Positions 28,398-38,686 are shown, counted from the first letter of the stretch. The stretch is 53,709 nucleotides of DNA from Terriglobia bacterium (GCA_046757645.1 JBHHYS010000002.1:1-53709), one strand, 5' to 3'. A program made the numbers and translations. The notes: generated from the sequence alone by a model not told the origin.

Positions 28398-29525
28398 TTA
28401 GCGGTCCACTTCCCCCAGAACGATATCGAGAGTTCCGATAATGGCGACCACGTCCGCCACCAGCTGGCCGCGAACCATCCGGTCAAAGGCTTGCAGGTTG
28501 ACGAAGGAGGGTGGGCGAATACGCAACCGGTAAGGCTGGGTACTGCCGTCGCTGACAATGTAGTAACCCAGCTCCCCCTTGGGGGCTTCGATGGAATGGT
28601 AGACCTCGCCCGGGGGCGGCTTGATGACCTTGCCCACCCGGGCCAGGATCGGTCCTTCCGGAATGGTGTCGATGGCTTGCAGGATGATGCGGCGTGACTG
28701 GCGCATCTCCTCAAGCCGCACCAGGTAGCGGTCGTAGGTATCGCCGCGCTCGCCGATGGGGATATCGAACTCAAACTGGTCGTAGGCCGCGTAGGGAAAG
28801 GCCTTGCGGATGTCCCAGCGCACGCCGGAGCCGCGCAGCACCGGGCCGGTGGCGCCCAGGTCCAGGGCGTCTTCGGGGGTGAGTATGCCGACGTTTCGGG
28901 TGCGTTCGACCCAGATGCGATTTTCGGTCAACAGCTCTTCGTAGTGGTTGATCTTCTCGTCCAAGTCGTGGCAGAAGACCTTCACTTCCTCTTCGAAGCC
29001 ATCGTAGGTTTCATATTGCAGCCCGCCGATGCGGAAGGCGTGGGTGGTCAGGCGAGCCCCGCAGTAGTTTTCGAAGATTTTCAGAATCTCTTCGCGTTCG
29101 CGGAAGGTATAGAAGATGGGGGTCATTGCTCCGATGTCGAGCGCATGCGTGCCCAGCCAGAGCAGGTGGCTGGCAATGCGCTGCAGCTCGGTGAGGATGG
29201 TGCGCACCCAACGCGCCCGGGGCGGGGCTTCCGCGCCCAGGAGTTTTTCCACCGCCTCGCAATAGCCCAGGCCGTTGGAGACGGCGGCGACGTAGTCGGT
29301 GCGGTCCACGTAAGGGGCAAACTGCGGGTAGGAGCGGTTCTCGCCGATCTTCTCCACACCCCGGTGCAAGTAGCCGATAATGCACTCCGAGCCGATCACC
29401 TTCTCGCCGTCGAGCTTCAGCTTCACGCGCAGCACCCCGTGGGTGGCGGGGTGCTGGGGGCCCATGTTGAGGATGATCTCGTCCGCCCCCAGGATGGTGG
29501 TGGTGAGGTCCGAGCGTGGCGCCAT
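28398..29525 (-). CDS. nuoD: NADH-quinone oxidoreductase subunit D (operon 2)
   Basis: 375 aa. [16 protein letters not shown]...[13 protein letters not shown]. By eye roughly half of aligned residues are identical to NuoD of operon 1. Confidence 0.95.
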   Translation of the reverse strand: MAPRSDLTTTILGADEIILNMGPQHPATHGVLRVKLKLDGEKVIGSECIIGYLHRGVEKIGENRSYPQFAPYVDRTDYVAAVSNGLGYCEAVEKLLGAEAPPRARWVRTILTELQRIASHLLWLGTHALDIGAMTPIFYTFREREEILKIFENYCGARLTTHAFRIGGLQYETYDGFEEEVKVFCHDLDEKINHYEELLTENRIWVERTRNVGILTPEDALDLGATGPVLRGSGVRWDIRKAFPYAAYDQFEFDIPIGERGDTYDRYLVRLEEMRQSRRIILQAIDTIPEGPILARVGKVIKPPPGEVYHSIEAPKGELGYYIVSDGSTQPYRLRIRPPSFVNLQAFDRMVRGQLVADVVAIIGTLDIVLGEVDR

Positions 29526-29527
29526 CG

Positions 29528-30154
29528 CTACTGTCCGCTCTCAATCCCCAGGTTTTCTTTTACCCAGTCCGCGTCCTGCTGCAGGATGTCGTAATCCTTG
29601 CGCAGGGGATGGCCTTTCCATTCGTCCGGCAAGAGGATCCGCTTCAAGCCGGGATGGTTCTCGAAGAGGAGGCCAAACATGTCAAAACATTCTCGCTCCA
29701 GCCAGTTCGCCGTGCCCCAGATGCCCGTGAGCGAGGGGCAAGAGGCGCCCACCGGGACTTTCACCCGCAGGCGCTCGTTGTGCAGGAAGGAGTAGAGATT
29801 CAAGATGACGTCGAAGCGCGGGCTGCGCTCGAACCAGTCCACCGCGGTCAAGTCCGTGAGGAAATCAAACTTTTCTTCTTCCTTCAGGTATCGGCAGACG
29901 TCCAGCAAGCGATCCCCGGCGACTCCCACAATCGCCTGTTTGCGGTCCAGGGTGGCCTCGCCAACCGCATCGCCAAAGCGGGCCCGCAGCCGGCGCACCA
30001 GCTCGTTGTCCAGCGGTTCGGGCTGGGGCGGCTGAGGCCGGGCTGGCGGTTTGGGGGCCGCGGCGGGCGCCGGCGGCTTTTTTTCCGCCCCCGGAGTGGC
30101 GGGGGCGGCGGTCTCAGGTTCTTGTTCTTCTTTTTTCTTCTGCTCGTCAGGCAC
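29528..30154 (-). CDS. nuoC: NADH-quinone oxidoreductase subunit C (operon 2) with Pro/Ala/Lys-rich N-terminal extension
   Basis: 208 aa from GTG 30154. Core ...[16 protein letters not shown]...LRKDY. An alternative internal GTG ([10 protein letters not shown]) would remove the extension. Confidence 0.85.
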   Translation of the reverse strand: MPDEQKKKEEQEPETAAPATPGAEKKPPAPAAAPKPPARPQPPQPEPLDNELVRRLRARFGDAVGEATLDRKQAIVGVAGDRLLDVCRYLKEEEKFDFLTDLTAVDWFERSPRFDVILNLYSFLHNERLRVKVPVGASCPSLTGIWGTANWLERECFDMFGLLFENHPGLKRILLPDEWKGHPLRKDYDILQQDADWVKENLGIESGQ

Positions 30155-30202
30155 GATGGTGTGTTTGCGGGCAGACCCGGTGGGATTCCGCTGAGAGGGT
30201 CG

Positions 30203-30574
30203 CTAGACCCATTCCAGGGCGCCCTTCTTGTAGAGCCAGATGTAACCCACGAGGAGCATACCGAGAAAGATGACCATTTCGATCAAGGCAAAGAGCCCGA
30301 GCACTCCGTACAGGCTGAAGTATTGAATGGCCCAGGGAAACAGGAAAATAACCTCGACGTCAAAGATGACGAACAAGATGGCAATCACGTAAAAGCGCAC
30401 AGCAAAGCGACCCCGGGCGTCGCCCTCGGGGGGAATGCCACACTCATAGGGCTTGAGGCGGAACCCGGTGTCGCGCATCTCGGGTCGCACCAGCTTGGCC
30501 ATCCAAAGGGTGACGACGGGAAAGAGGAACGCCAGGCCGGCAAAGAGCAGAATGGGGACGTAGTTTTCGGGCAT
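30203..30574 (-). CDS. nuoA: NADH-quinone oxidoreductase subunit A (operon 2)
   Basis: 123 aa. YECG...FDVEVIFLFPWA. Only 48 nt to nuoC2, with no nuoB. Confidence 0.95.
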   Translation of the reverse strand: MPENYVPILLFAGLAFLFPVVTLWMAKLVRPEMRDTGFRLKPYECGIPPEGDARGRFAVRFYVIAILFVIFDVEVIFLFPWAIQYFSLYGVLGLFALIEMVIFLGMLLVGYIWLYKKGALEWV

Positions 30575-30594
30575 CCTATGAGCGCATCAAAGTA

Positions 30595-31284
30595 TCAAAC
30601 CGATTCATTTTTGCCAAGATTCTCCTCCCCCGGGGGCGAGGAGGTTTCGGGCTCCGCGCCGGATTCGGACTCCGATTCAGGCCGCGGGGGTACCTCCGCC
30701 GGGGCTGCCGCCGGCTCGGCGGCGGGGGCCGGTGGCGCTTCCGGGGCTGCCGCTTCCGGCTCCGGCGGGGCCGCGGGTGCTTCCGGGGAGGGAGCAGCGT
30801 GGGCTTCCTCGCCCCGCAAGACATCGATGGCGTGGGGCAGAATCTCCAGAATCGCCTTCAGGGAGTCCTGGGCACCTGCCGGCGCCCCAGGAAGGTTGAC
30901 GAGTAATGATTTTCCCTTCAGCCCAACCACTGCCCGGGAAAGCGCCGCCAGCGGGGTTTTCTTCAACCCTTCCCGACGCATCACCTCCGCCACCCCGGGC
31001 AGTGAGCGTTCCATAATCGAGGTGGTGGCCTCCGGGGTGCGGTCGCGGGGCCCCACGCCGGTGCCCCCGGTGGTGAACACCGCATCAATTTCGCTGTCGG
31101 AGGCGAGGGCGCTCAGCCGCTCGCGAAGCACGCTGAAGTCATCGGGAACGGCTTCGGTGGAAATCACTGTCCAGCCGGCCTCTTCCAGCACCTGGCGGAC
31201 GGCGGGGCCGGAGAGGTCTTCGCGGACACCCTGGGCGACCGAGTCGCTCACGGTAACGATGGCGGCGCGGTAGGGGGACGCCAT
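30595..31284 (-). CDS. mogA: Molybdopterin adenylyltransferase MogA/MoaB-type with about 70-aa Pro/Ala/Glu-rich C-terminal tail
   Basis: ATG 31284 overlaps the upstream stop (TGATG). AAIVTVSD...TTGGTGVGPRD...LVNLPG motifs. The tail reads EAPAAPPEPEAAAPEAPPAPAAEPAAAPAE... Confidence 0.85.
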   Translation of the reverse strand: MASPYRAAIVTVSDSVAQGVREDLSGPAVRQVLEEAGWTVISTEAVPDDFSVLRERLSALASDSEIDAVFTTGGTGVGPRDRTPEATTSIMERSLPGVAEVMRREGLKKTPLAALSRAVVGLKGKSLLVNLPGAPAGAQDSLKAILEILPHAIDVLRGEEAHAAPSPEAPAAPPEPEAAAPEAPPAPAAEPAAAPAEVPPRPESESESGAEPETSSPPGEENLGKNESV

Positions 31285-32027
31285 CAACGCTCCACCTGGT
31301 CTCGGCGGGCTTCGTCGAGCAAGCGCATGGCCTCCATCAGCAGACCCTGGGTGGAGCGGGTGGTGCGGCGCTTCGGGGATTTACCCTTGAAATCAATCTC
31401 GAAGGTGCCTTCGCTCCACTCCACAACCTGGTAGACGGCGGCGTCGCCCGTGGTGGTGCCCAGCACGGCATCATAAACCTGCCCGTTCTTCATGAACACC
31501 TGGCAGTTCTGCTCTCCGCAAGTCAGAGTGAGCGAGCAGGTTTTCTGCCCCATCTCCAACGATTGGAAAAGGTCAATCACATTCATCTCCTCTAGCCGCC
31601 CCTCAATGACCCCGGGGCGGCGGGCCGCGGTCTGGAGTTTCTCCAGGTGCAAGCGGTCGGCCACTTTCTTGGCGCGGGCAACCACTTCACGCACGTAGAA
31701 GGGCTTGGCAATGTAATCCTCGACGCCATCGGTGAGCTGCCGCAACTTCTCTTCGATATCGCCCTTGCTGGCGAGAAAGATGAAAGGAGTCTTTTGGGTC
31801 TCCTGGCGGGCGCGCAATTTTTCGTACAACTGGTGGCCATTCAGGCCGGGCATCTGATAGTCGGCGATGACCAAATCTGGCTGCTCCTCAATCGCCTTGA
31901 GCAAGCCCTCTGCGCCGTCCCGGGCAGTGACGACAGCACCGCAGCTTTCCATTCCGTTGCGCAGCAGCTCGAGCACCGCCGGATTGTCCTCCACCACCAG
32001 GATTTTGACAGCCGACTTCCCGACCAT
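31284..32027 (-). CDS. Response regulator: receiver domain plus DUF4388-like C-terminal domain
   Basis: 247 aa. KILVVEDN...DLVIADYQMPGLNG...IFLASKG...KPF receiver, then GRLEEMNVIDLFQSLEMGQKTCSLTL (DUF4388-like). No DNA-binding domain recognised. Confidence 0.75.
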   Translation of the reverse strand: MVGKSAVKILVVEDNPAVLELLRNGMESCGAVVTARDGAEGLLKAIEEQPDLVIADYQMPGLNGHQLYEKLRARQETQKTPFIFLASKGDIEEKLRQLTDGVEDYIAKPFYVREVVARAKKVADRLHLEKLQTAARRPGVIEGRLEEMNVIDLFQSLEMGQKTCSLTLTCGEQNCQVFMKNGQVYDAVLGTTTGDAAVYQVVEWSEGTFEIDFKGKSPKRRTTRSTQGLLMEAMRLLDEARRDQVER

Positions 32028-32052
32028 TCTCGTCGTGCGGCGCCGCGCCGCC

Positions 32053-32538
32053 TCACCCGGAGCGGCGGCGATAGGTCCCGCTTTTGCCTCCCGTTTTCTC
32101 CAGCAAGCAGATGTTGCGCAGCTCCATGCCCGGGTCGAGAGCCTTGCACATGTCGTAGAGGGTCAACGCCCCCACGGCAACCGCCGTGAGCGCCTCCATC
32201 TCGACGCCTGTCGGCCCGGTCGAGCGAACCTGGGAGGCGAGGCGAATGCCATTCTGGCACAAGTCCGCGGTTACATCAATATGGGTGAGCAGCAGCGGGT
32301 GGCAGAGGGGAATCAGCTCCGCGGTGCGCTTGGCGGCGGCGATGCCGGCAATCCGAGCGATTTCCAGCGGGTCGCCTTTGGGGGTTTCCAGCCCCCGGAT
32401 TCGTTTCACCACTGCCGGCTTCATCTTGACGAAGGCCTGGGCGCGGGCGCTGCGCACCGTAGGCGGCTTGGCGGTGACGTCCACCATGGCCACCCGCCCG
32501 CCGGGGCCATAATGGCTCAACTTTCTTTTTCTTTTCAT
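32053..32538 (-). CDS. moaC: Cyclic pyranopterin monophosphate synthase
   Basis: 161 aa. MVDVTAKP...KGDPLEIARIAGIAAAKRTAELIPLCHPL. Confidence 0.9.
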   Translation of the reverse strand: MKRKRKLSHYGPGGRVAMVDVTAKPPTVRSARAQAFVKMKPAVVKRIRGLETPKGDPLEIARIAGIAAAKRTAELIPLCHPLLLTHIDVTADLCQNGIRLASQVRSTGPTGVEMEALTAVAVGALTLYDMCKALDPGMELRNICLLEKTGGKSGTYRRRSG

Positions 32539-32547
32539 CAGCGCTTC

Positions 32548-33756
32548 TCACCCCCGCCGGGGCAGCACATCCACCCAAGAGCCGGCCGGGAGCTCGCTTA
32601 CATTGTCGGGGACAACCAGAAAGCAGTTGCCCTGGGTGAGGGCGAGCACATCGCCCGAGCCCTGCCAGGGCAGCGCCCGTACACTCACCTCGGCACTCTC
32701 TCCTTCCAGCCGCGCGGGCAAGAACATCGTCAGCCGGGTGTTTTGTTTCACCGGTGCGGCCAGGCGCGCCTTCAAGAATTGCAGCCGCGGCACCAGCGCC
32801 CCCCCGAGCAAGGCAATCGCCGGGGCAACGAACAGTTCAAAGGTTACCATAGTGGAGACCGGATTTCCCGGCAGGCCGAAAACGAACTTGCCCCGGCAGG
32901 CGGCAAACACCGCGGGGCGCCCGGGGCGGATGGCAACCGCATCGAAGTAGAACTCGGCGCCCAGCCGGCGCAGCACCGCTTCCACCAAGTCATACTTCCC
33001 CATGGAGACACCGCCGGTAAGAACCAGCAGGTCTTCTTCCAGGCCGCGGCGGATGCGACGCTCGAGCTGGGGGAGTTCATCGGGGGCGTTGCCTAGCAGA
33101 AGGGGCTCGCCGCCGCTGAGGGTCACCTGGGCGGCCATCGAGTAGCTGTTGCTGTTGCGGATCTGGTGGGGCCCGGGGCGGGCGTCAATCGCAACCACCT
33201 CGTCTCCGGTGGAGAGCACCGCCACCCGGGGGCGCCGGTAGACGCGCACCTGAGCCTTGCCGACCTGCCCCAGCAGAGAAACTTCCGGGTAGCCAATGCG
33301 CGTGCCCGCGGCCAGGAGGCGGGTGCCCTGGCGGGCTTCGCTGCCCCGGGGGACCACGTTGGCCCCAGCCGCCACCGAGCGCTTGGCGACCACCTGCTCC
33401 CCGTTCAACTCCGTGTGTTCAATCATCACCACAGCGTCGGCTCCAGCGGGCACCGGGGCGCCGGTCATAATCTGCACGCACTCGCCGGGCCCGACCGTGC
33501 CCGGGTAGCCTTCCCCAGCCCGGATTTCGCCCAGCCGCTTCAGACGGGCGGGGACTTGGGCAATGTCGGCCGCGCGCACCGCGAAGCCATCGCGGGTAGA
33601 GCGATGGAAGGGAGGGTAGTCGCGGTCAGCCGCCACCTCTTCCGCCAATACCCGCGCCAGGCTAGCGGCCAAAGAAACGGTTTCGGTGGTTGGGCGGGTC
33701 GGCTGGGCCGCGATGGCGCGGATCACCTTTTCACGGGCTTCGAGGTAGCGCAGCAT
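32548..33756 (-). CDS. moeA: Molybdopterin molybdenumtransferase
   Basis: 402 aa. Typical MoeA N-terminal, MoCF-binding and C-terminal architecture (..STGDE.., LTGGVSMGKYD, GLPGNPVS). Confidence 0.9.
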   Translation of the reverse strand: MLRYLEAREKVIRAIAAQPTRPTTETVSLAASLARVLAEEVAADRDYPPFHRSTRDGFAVRAADIAQVPARLKRLGEIRAGEGYPGTVGPGECVQIMTGAPVPAGADAVVMIEHTELNGEQVVAKRSVAAGANVVPRGSEARQGTRLLAAGTRIGYPEVSLLGQVGKAQVRVYRRPRVAVLSTGDEVVAIDARPGPHQIRNSNSYSMAAQVTLSGGEPLLLGNAPDELPQLERRIRRGLEEDLLVLTGGVSMGKYDLVEAVLRRLGAEFYFDAVAIRPGRPAVFAACRGKFVFGLPGNPVSTMVTFELFVAPAIALLGGALVPRLQFLKARLAAPVKQNTRLTMFLPARLEGESAEVSVRALPWQGSGDVLALTQGNCFLVVPDNVSELPAGSWVDVLPRRG

Positions 33757-33773
33757 CGGGCATCCTTGCGCGG

Positions 33774-35081
33774 CTAGGAGCTCAACAATGAAGCCAGCCG
33801 GGAATCCGGCAAGAGGACGGTTTCCTGGCGTTGCGGTCCGGTGGAAATCATTCCGATTTCGACTCCCACCTGGTCGGCGACGAACTTCAAGTAGTCGCGC
33901 GCCCGCGCGGGCAATTGTTCGTAGCGGGTCAGGCCGCGGGTGGAGGCCTGCCAGCCCGGCCGAGCTTGGTAGTCCGGCTCGACCTCCTCCAGGACTTCGG
34001 CTTCCGGAGGAATTTCGGTGAGCGGACGGCCTTGGTAGCGGTAGCCGACGCAGACCGGAACCTCGGCGAAGTGGTCGAGGACATCGAGCTTGGTGACCAC
34101 GAGCGAAGTCATGCCATTCACCAGAACGCTATGGCGGAGCATCATCAGGTCGAGCCAGCCGCAGCGGCGGGGGCGACCGGTGACGGCCCCGTACTCGTTG
34201 CCGCGATCGCGCAGAGCCTCGGCGGCGGCACCAGTGATTTCGGTGGCGAAGGGGCCGCTGCCCACCCGGGTGGTGTAGGCCTTGGTGACGCCAAGCACGG
34301 CATTGATGGCCCCCGGGGGAATCCCCAGGCCGGTGCAAGCCCCGCCGGCGGCAGCGTTTGAGGAGGTAACGAACGGATAGGTGCCGTGATCGATGTCCAG
34401 CATCGTGCCTTGCGCGCCTTCACAGAGGGTGGACTTGCCGGCCCGCCGGGCAGCGTCCAGCAAGACGGGGACATCGGTGATGTACGGGCGCAAGCGCTCT
34501 GCATAGTCAGTGTATTGCTCCACCAGGCGAGCGGTGTCCAGCGCCACCGGGCGCTGGAGGACACGAGCCAGGGCGGACTTGTGCTCAAGCAGGCGGCACA
34601 GCTTTTCCTCGAAGCGCGCCGTGTCCAGCAGGTCGCAGGTGCGCAGGCCGCGCCGAGCCATTTTGTCCTCGTAGGTGGGCCCGATGCCGCGGGCGGTGGT
34701 GCCGATTTTCAACGAGCCCAGGGCGGCTTCGGCGGCGCGTTCCAGCTCGCGGTGGTAGGGAAAGATGAGATGGCTGCGGTTGCTGATGAAGAGGCGCCCG
34801 GCGGTGTTGACCCCGTTCCGCTCCAGGGTCGCCAGCTCATCGAGCAGGGCGGCGGGGTCGAGCACGACGCCCGAGCCGATGACCGCCCACTTGCCCGGGC
34901 GGAGGATGCCACTGGGGAGGAGCTGGAGGATGAATTTCCGGCCGTTGACCACCACGGTGTGGCCGGCGTTGTGGCCGCCTTGGTAGCGGGCCACAATGTC
35001 AAAGCGGGCGGCCAGGTAGTCGACGACTTTCCCTTTCCCCTCGTCCCCCCATTGCGCCCCCACAACCACAACCGTGCTCAT
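33774..35081 (-). CDS. purA: Adenylosuccinate synthase
   Basis: MSTVVVVGAQWGDEGKGK from ATG 35081 with a GGGAG SD. The track's GTG 35105 start is less likely. Confidence 0.95.
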   Translation of the reverse strand: MSTVVVVGAQWGDEGKGKVVDYLAARFDIVARYQGGHNAGHTVVVNGRKFILQLLPSGILRPGKWAVIGSGVVLDPAALLDELATLERNGVNTAGRLFISNRSHLIFPYHRELERAAEAALGSLKIGTTARGIGPTYEDKMARRGLRTCDLLDTARFEEKLCRLLEHKSALARVLQRPVALDTARLVEQYTDYAERLRPYITDVPVLLDAARRAGKSTLCEGAQGTMLDIDHGTYPFVTSSNAAAGGACTGLGIPPGAINAVLGVTKAYTTRVGSGPFATEITGAAAEALRDRGNEYGAVTGRPRRCGWLDLMMLRHSVLVNGMTSLVVTKLDVLDHFAEVPVCVGYRYQGRPLTEIPPEAEVLEEVEPDYQARPGWQASTRGLTRYEQLPARARDYLKFVADQVGVEIGMISTGPQRQETVLLPDSRLASLLSS

Positions 35082-35201
35082 CGCCACGCTCCCCGTCCAC
35101 GCCACGCCCCGTGACCAATGCGGGCGGCGGGAGTGGCTGCCGGGCCCTAGCAGGGAAAGCCGGCAGCGAGGAGGGCAGACCTATGCCCACAAGCGAGAGC
35201 T

Positions 35202-35230
35202 ATCATAGGCGGGGTTTTGCGGGAGCGCAA
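35202..35230 (-). promoter_or_regulatory. Candidate promoter TTGCGC-17-TATGAT upstream of purA
   Basis: Read on the reverse complement, about 120 nt upstream of purA ATG. Confidence 0.3.
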
Positions 35231-35261
35231 GCGGCCGAGCCCGAGGAGCCGCGCGGCCCGG

Positions 35262-35591
35262 TCAGGAGAGATGTCTCTGGAGCAACTTCTCGATGTGGTC
35301 CCGGGGATAGTTGCCGACAATCTGCTCTTTCACCTGCCCGCCTTTGAACAGCAGCAAGGTGGGGATGCCCTGGATGCCGTAGCGGGGTGGGGTGGCGGTA
35401 TTGTCGTCCACGTTGAGCTTGGCCACCCGAAGCTTGCCGTTATAGTCCTGGGCGATGGCCTCCACGGTCGGGGCCAGCATCCGGCAGGGCGCGCACCACT
35501 CGGCCCAGAAGTCCACCAACACCGGCAGGTCGGCCTGCAGGACGTCTTTTTCGAAGCTGCTATCGGTAATCGTCAGAATGTTGTCCGCCAT
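35262..35591 (-). CDS. trxA: Thioredoxin (active site WCAPC)
   Basis: 109 aa. VLVDFWAEWCAPCRMLAP...GIQGIPTLLLFKGG. AGGAGG SD upstream. Confidence 0.9.
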   Translation of the reverse strand: MADNILTITDSSFEKDVLQADLPVLVDFWAEWCAPCRMLAPTVEAIAQDYNGKLRVAKLNVDDNTATPPRYGIQGIPTLLLFKGGQVKEQIVGNYPRDHIEKLLQRHLS

Positions 35592-35680
35592 TCCACAAAA
35601 TCCTCCTGAAAGATTACGCTCCTCCCCTTAGATGAGGAGGCCGCGGCCAAAGATTCAAGCTCTCTCCTGCCAGGGCTATT

Positions 35681-37135
35681 TTACCGAAGCCGGGCGCGAT
35701 TGACCACCCGCTGGTAGAGGCGCTCGTACTCGGCCGCCGAGGTGTTCCAGGAGTAGTCCTGCGCCATCCCATTGTGGATCAACTGCTGCCACGCCCGGGG
35801 GTCCCGGGCGTGGACGTCCAAGGCCTGCCGGAGGCACTCCAGCAGGGCCGCCCCGGAGTAGGGGGTGAACTTGAAGCCGGTGCCCTTTCTGGTGCGGGGA
35901 TCGAAGGGTTCAATGGTGTCATCCAGGCCGCCGGTGGCTCGCACCACCGGCACGGTGCCATACTTCAGGCTATAGATTTGATTCAAGCCGCAGGGCTCGT
36001 AGCGGGAGGGCATCAGAAACATATCGCTGCCGGCTTCGATCTTGTGGGCCAGGGGGTTGTCGTAGGCCACCCGGACGCCGACTTTCTGGGGGAAGCGCCG
36101 GGCCAGCTCCTGGAAGAGCTGTTCGTAGACCGGCTCTCCGGTGCCGAGCGCTACCAGCAAGAGGTCGTTCTGCATCAAGGCCTCGGCGACCTCGGCGATC
36201 AGGTCGAAGCCCTTCTGGGCGGCGAAGCGGGAGACGATGCCGATCAAAGGCGTCTTCAGGTTGTGGGCGGGCAACTGGAACTGCTCGAGGAGGTCCTTCT
36301 TGCAGAGTTGCTTGCCCTCGAGTCGGCCCGGGGTGTAGTGGGCCGCGATGAACGGGTCGGTTTCCGGGTTCCATTCAGTGTAGTCCACCCCGTTGAGAAT
36401 ACCCACCAGGGTGGCGGCGCGGCCACGAATCACGCCCTGGAGGCCGTGGCCGTGCTCCTCGGTCTGAATCTCCTCGGCGTACTTCTTGCTCACGGTGGTG
36501 ATGAAGTCCGCGTAGACCAGGGCGCCCTTCAGCAAGCACACCTGGCCGTGAAACTCCAGGGCGTCCCCGGTGAATAGTCCGAGGGGCAGGCCCAGCCGAT
36601 GGATCACCTCCGCGGGAAACAGCCCCTGGTAGCCAAGGTTGTGGATGGTGAAGACCACAGGGACGCCGCTGAGCCGCGGGTCGGCGGCGTAGAGCGACTT
36701 GAGCAAGATCGGTACCAGGCCCGACTGCCAGTCGTGGCAGTGGATCAGGTCGGGCACACCGACGCGGTGGGTGAATTCCAAGGCTGCTTTGGAGAGCAAG
36801 GCAAAGCGTTCGGCGTTGTCGGGGTGGTCTTTGCCGCCGGGGCCGACATAGAGGCCGTCGCGGTCAAAATAGGGGGGATAGTCGAGGAAGAAGTAGCGCA
36901 CCGCGTCGAGTGTCCGGCCATCCTGAACGGCGGGCGAGTGAACCGTGGGGCCGAGCGAGATGTTCAGGCGGGGGATGAAGACGGTGCCGGGTGGGGTCAC
37001 GCGGTAGCGAGGAAGAAAAACCGTGACTTGGTGGCTGCGGGCCGCCAGGAACTTGGGCAGCGCACCCACCACGTCGGCCAGGCCCCCGGTCTTGGAAAAG
37101 GGCACGCACTCGGAAGCGACGAAAAGAATCCTCAC
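35681..37135 (-). CDS. glgA: Glycogen synthase (ADP-glucose type)
   Basis: 484 aa, GTG start. MRILFVASECVPFSKTGGLADVVGALP. Confidence 0.9.
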   Translation of the reverse strand: MRILFVASECVPFSKTGGLADVVGALPKFLAARSHQVTVFLPRYRVTPPGTVFIPRLNISLGPTVHSPAVQDGRTLDAVRYFFLDYPPYFDRDGLYVGPGGKDHPDNAERFALLSKAALEFTHRVGVPDLIHCHDWQSGLVPILLKSLYAADPRLSGVPVVFTIHNLGYQGLFPAEVIHRLGLPLGLFTGDALEFHGQVCLLKGALVYADFITTVSKKYAEEIQTEEHGHGLQGVIRGRAATLVGILNGVDYTEWNPETDPFIAAHYTPGRLEGKQLCKKDLLEQFQLPAHNLKTPLIGIVSRFAAQKGFDLIAEVAEALMQNDLLLVALGTGEPVYEQLFQELARRFPQKVGVRVAYDNPLAHKIEAGSDMFLMPSRYEPCGLNQIYSLKYGTVPVVRATGGLDDTIEPFDPRTRKGTGFKFTPYSGAALLECLRQALDVHARDPRAWQQLIHNGMAQDYSWNTSAAEYERLYQRVVNRARLR

Positions 37136-37186
37136 GCCGGGCTCCCGGGTGGGTGGGGGCGGCCCGCCGCCAGCCTAGGCGAGAAA

Positions 37187-38686
37187 TCACAAGGGGTGAG
37201 TATCAATCTGTGCCCGCTGCAAGGTGCCGCTGAAGTCCACGTAGATGCTCTTCCATTCGGAGAAGACGTCGAGGCCGGCGATGCCGGCTTCCCGGTGGCC
37301 GTTGCCGGTCTGTTTGGCGCCGCCGAAGGGGAGATGGATCTCGGCCCCAACGGTGGGGGCGTTGATGTAGACGATGCCGGTGTAGAGATCGCGCATGGCG
37401 GCAAAGACACGGTTGACATCCTGGCTGTAGATGGAGGCGGAGAGCCCGTAAACCACCCCGTTGGCAATTTCGATGGCCTGCTCGAAGGTGTCGAAGGGCA
37501 GGACGGAGACCACGGGGCCAAAGATTTCTTCCTGGGCGACCCGCATCTGGGGGTCGCAATCCGCGAAGATGGTCGGGGCATAGAAGGCGCCGGCGTCGTA
37601 GTCCCCGCCGGTGAGGGGGGCACCGCCGCAGAGCAGTTTGGCCCCTTCGCTCTGGCCGATTTCGACGTAGTTGTGCACCGACTGGCGCTGCTTGTCGTTG
37701 ATCAGCGGGCCCATTTCCACGCTGGGGTCCAGGCCGTTGCCCACCTGAAGGCTTTTGGTCCGGTCGAGGAACTTCTGGAGGAACTGTTTGTACACCTTCT
37801 TGTGCACGGCGACGCGACTGGCCGCCGTGCAGCGTTGGCCGGCGGTGCCGAAGCCGCCCCAGAGGGCACCGTCCACGGCCAGATCGAGACGGGCGTCGTC
37901 CATCACCAGGATAATGTTCTTTCCCCCCATCTCCAGGTGGCAATGGCGGAAGTCGGGAGCGCAGGCCACCGAGACGCTGCGGCCCACCTCGGTGGAGCCG
38001 GTGAAGGAAATCACGCTTACCTCGGGATGCGTCATCAGGGGGGTGCCCACCGCGCTACCGGACCCGGTGACCAGGTTGAGCACGCCCCGGGGCAAGCCCG
38101 CCTCGTTCACAATCTTGACGAAGTTGTAGGCCGACAAGGGGGTTGCCGAGGCGGGCTTGAAGACCACGGTATTGCCGCAGACCAAGGCGGGAAAGATTTT
38201 CCACGAGGGGATGGCCATGGGGAAATTCCAGGGGGTGATCATGCCGCACACCCCCAGGGGCTGGCGGACGCACATCCCGAACTTGTTGGGGAGCTCGCAG
38301 GGGGTGGTGAAGCCGAACTGCCGCCGGCCCTCCCCCGCCATGTAGAAGCCCATGTCGATGGCTTCCTGAACGTCGCCGCGGGTTTCCTTGAGGACTTTGC
38401 CCATCTCCCGGGTCATATCCCGGGCGAGCTCTTCCTTGCGCTCCACCAGCATTTGCGCGGCGCGGAAGAGGATTTCCGCGCGTTTGGGCGCCGGGGTCAC
38501 TCGCCAAGCGTTGTAGGCGGCTTTGGCGGCGGCCACTGCATCGTCGAGGTCGGATTGATCCGAGGCGGGGAACAGGCCGATCAGATCGTTTTTGTCGGCG
38601 GGATTGAGGTTCTCGAAGGTTTTGCCACAGCGCGCCTCCACCCAGGCGCCGTTGATGTAGTTCTTATAGAGCTTGGGGGTTGGCAT
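37187..38686 (-). CDS. NAD(P)-dependent aldehyde dehydrogenase family protein
   Basis: 499 aa. [25 protein letters not shown] (catalytic Cys). Strong AGGAGGGAG SD. Substrate not assignable. Confidence 0.85.
   Translation of the reverse strand: MPTPKLYKNYINGAWVEARCGKTFENLNPADKNDLIGLFPASDQSDLDDAVAAAKAAYNAWRVTPAPKRAEILFRAAQMLVERKEELARDMTREMGKVLKETRGDVQEAIDMGFYMAGEGRRQFGFTTPCELPNKFGMCVRQPLGVCGMITPWNFPMAIPSWKIFPALVCGNTVVFKPASATPLSAYNFVKIVNEAGLPRGVLNLVTGSGSAVGTPLMTHPEVSVISFTGSTEVGRSVSVACAPDFRHCHLEMGGKNIILVMDDARLDLAVDGALWGGFGTAGQRCTAASRVAVHKKVYKQFLQKFLDRTKSLQVGNGLDPSVEMGPLINDKQRQSVHNYVEIGQSEGAKLLCGGAPLTGGDYDAGAFYAPTIFADCDPQMRVAQEEIFGPVVSVLPFDTFEQAIEIANGVVYGLSASIYSQDVNRVFAAMRDLYTGIVYINAPTVGAEIHLPFGGAKQTGNGHREAGIAGLDVFSEWKSIYVDFSGTLQRAQIDTHPL

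Noticed and set aside
30154-30205. The nuoA2 stop codon TAG (30203-30205) is in the same frame as the nuoC2 start GTG (30154), separated by 16 sense codons. This could mean a read-through NuoA-NuoC fusion.
   Set aside because: Frame coincidence has a one-in-three prior. There is no recoding signal or structure after the TAG. NuoA and NuoC are separate in operon 1.
35490-35510. Thioredoxin active site WCAPC instead of the canonical WCGPC.
   Set aside because: This is a conservative variant. The rest of the protein is a standard Trx fold, so it is not strong evidence for altered function.
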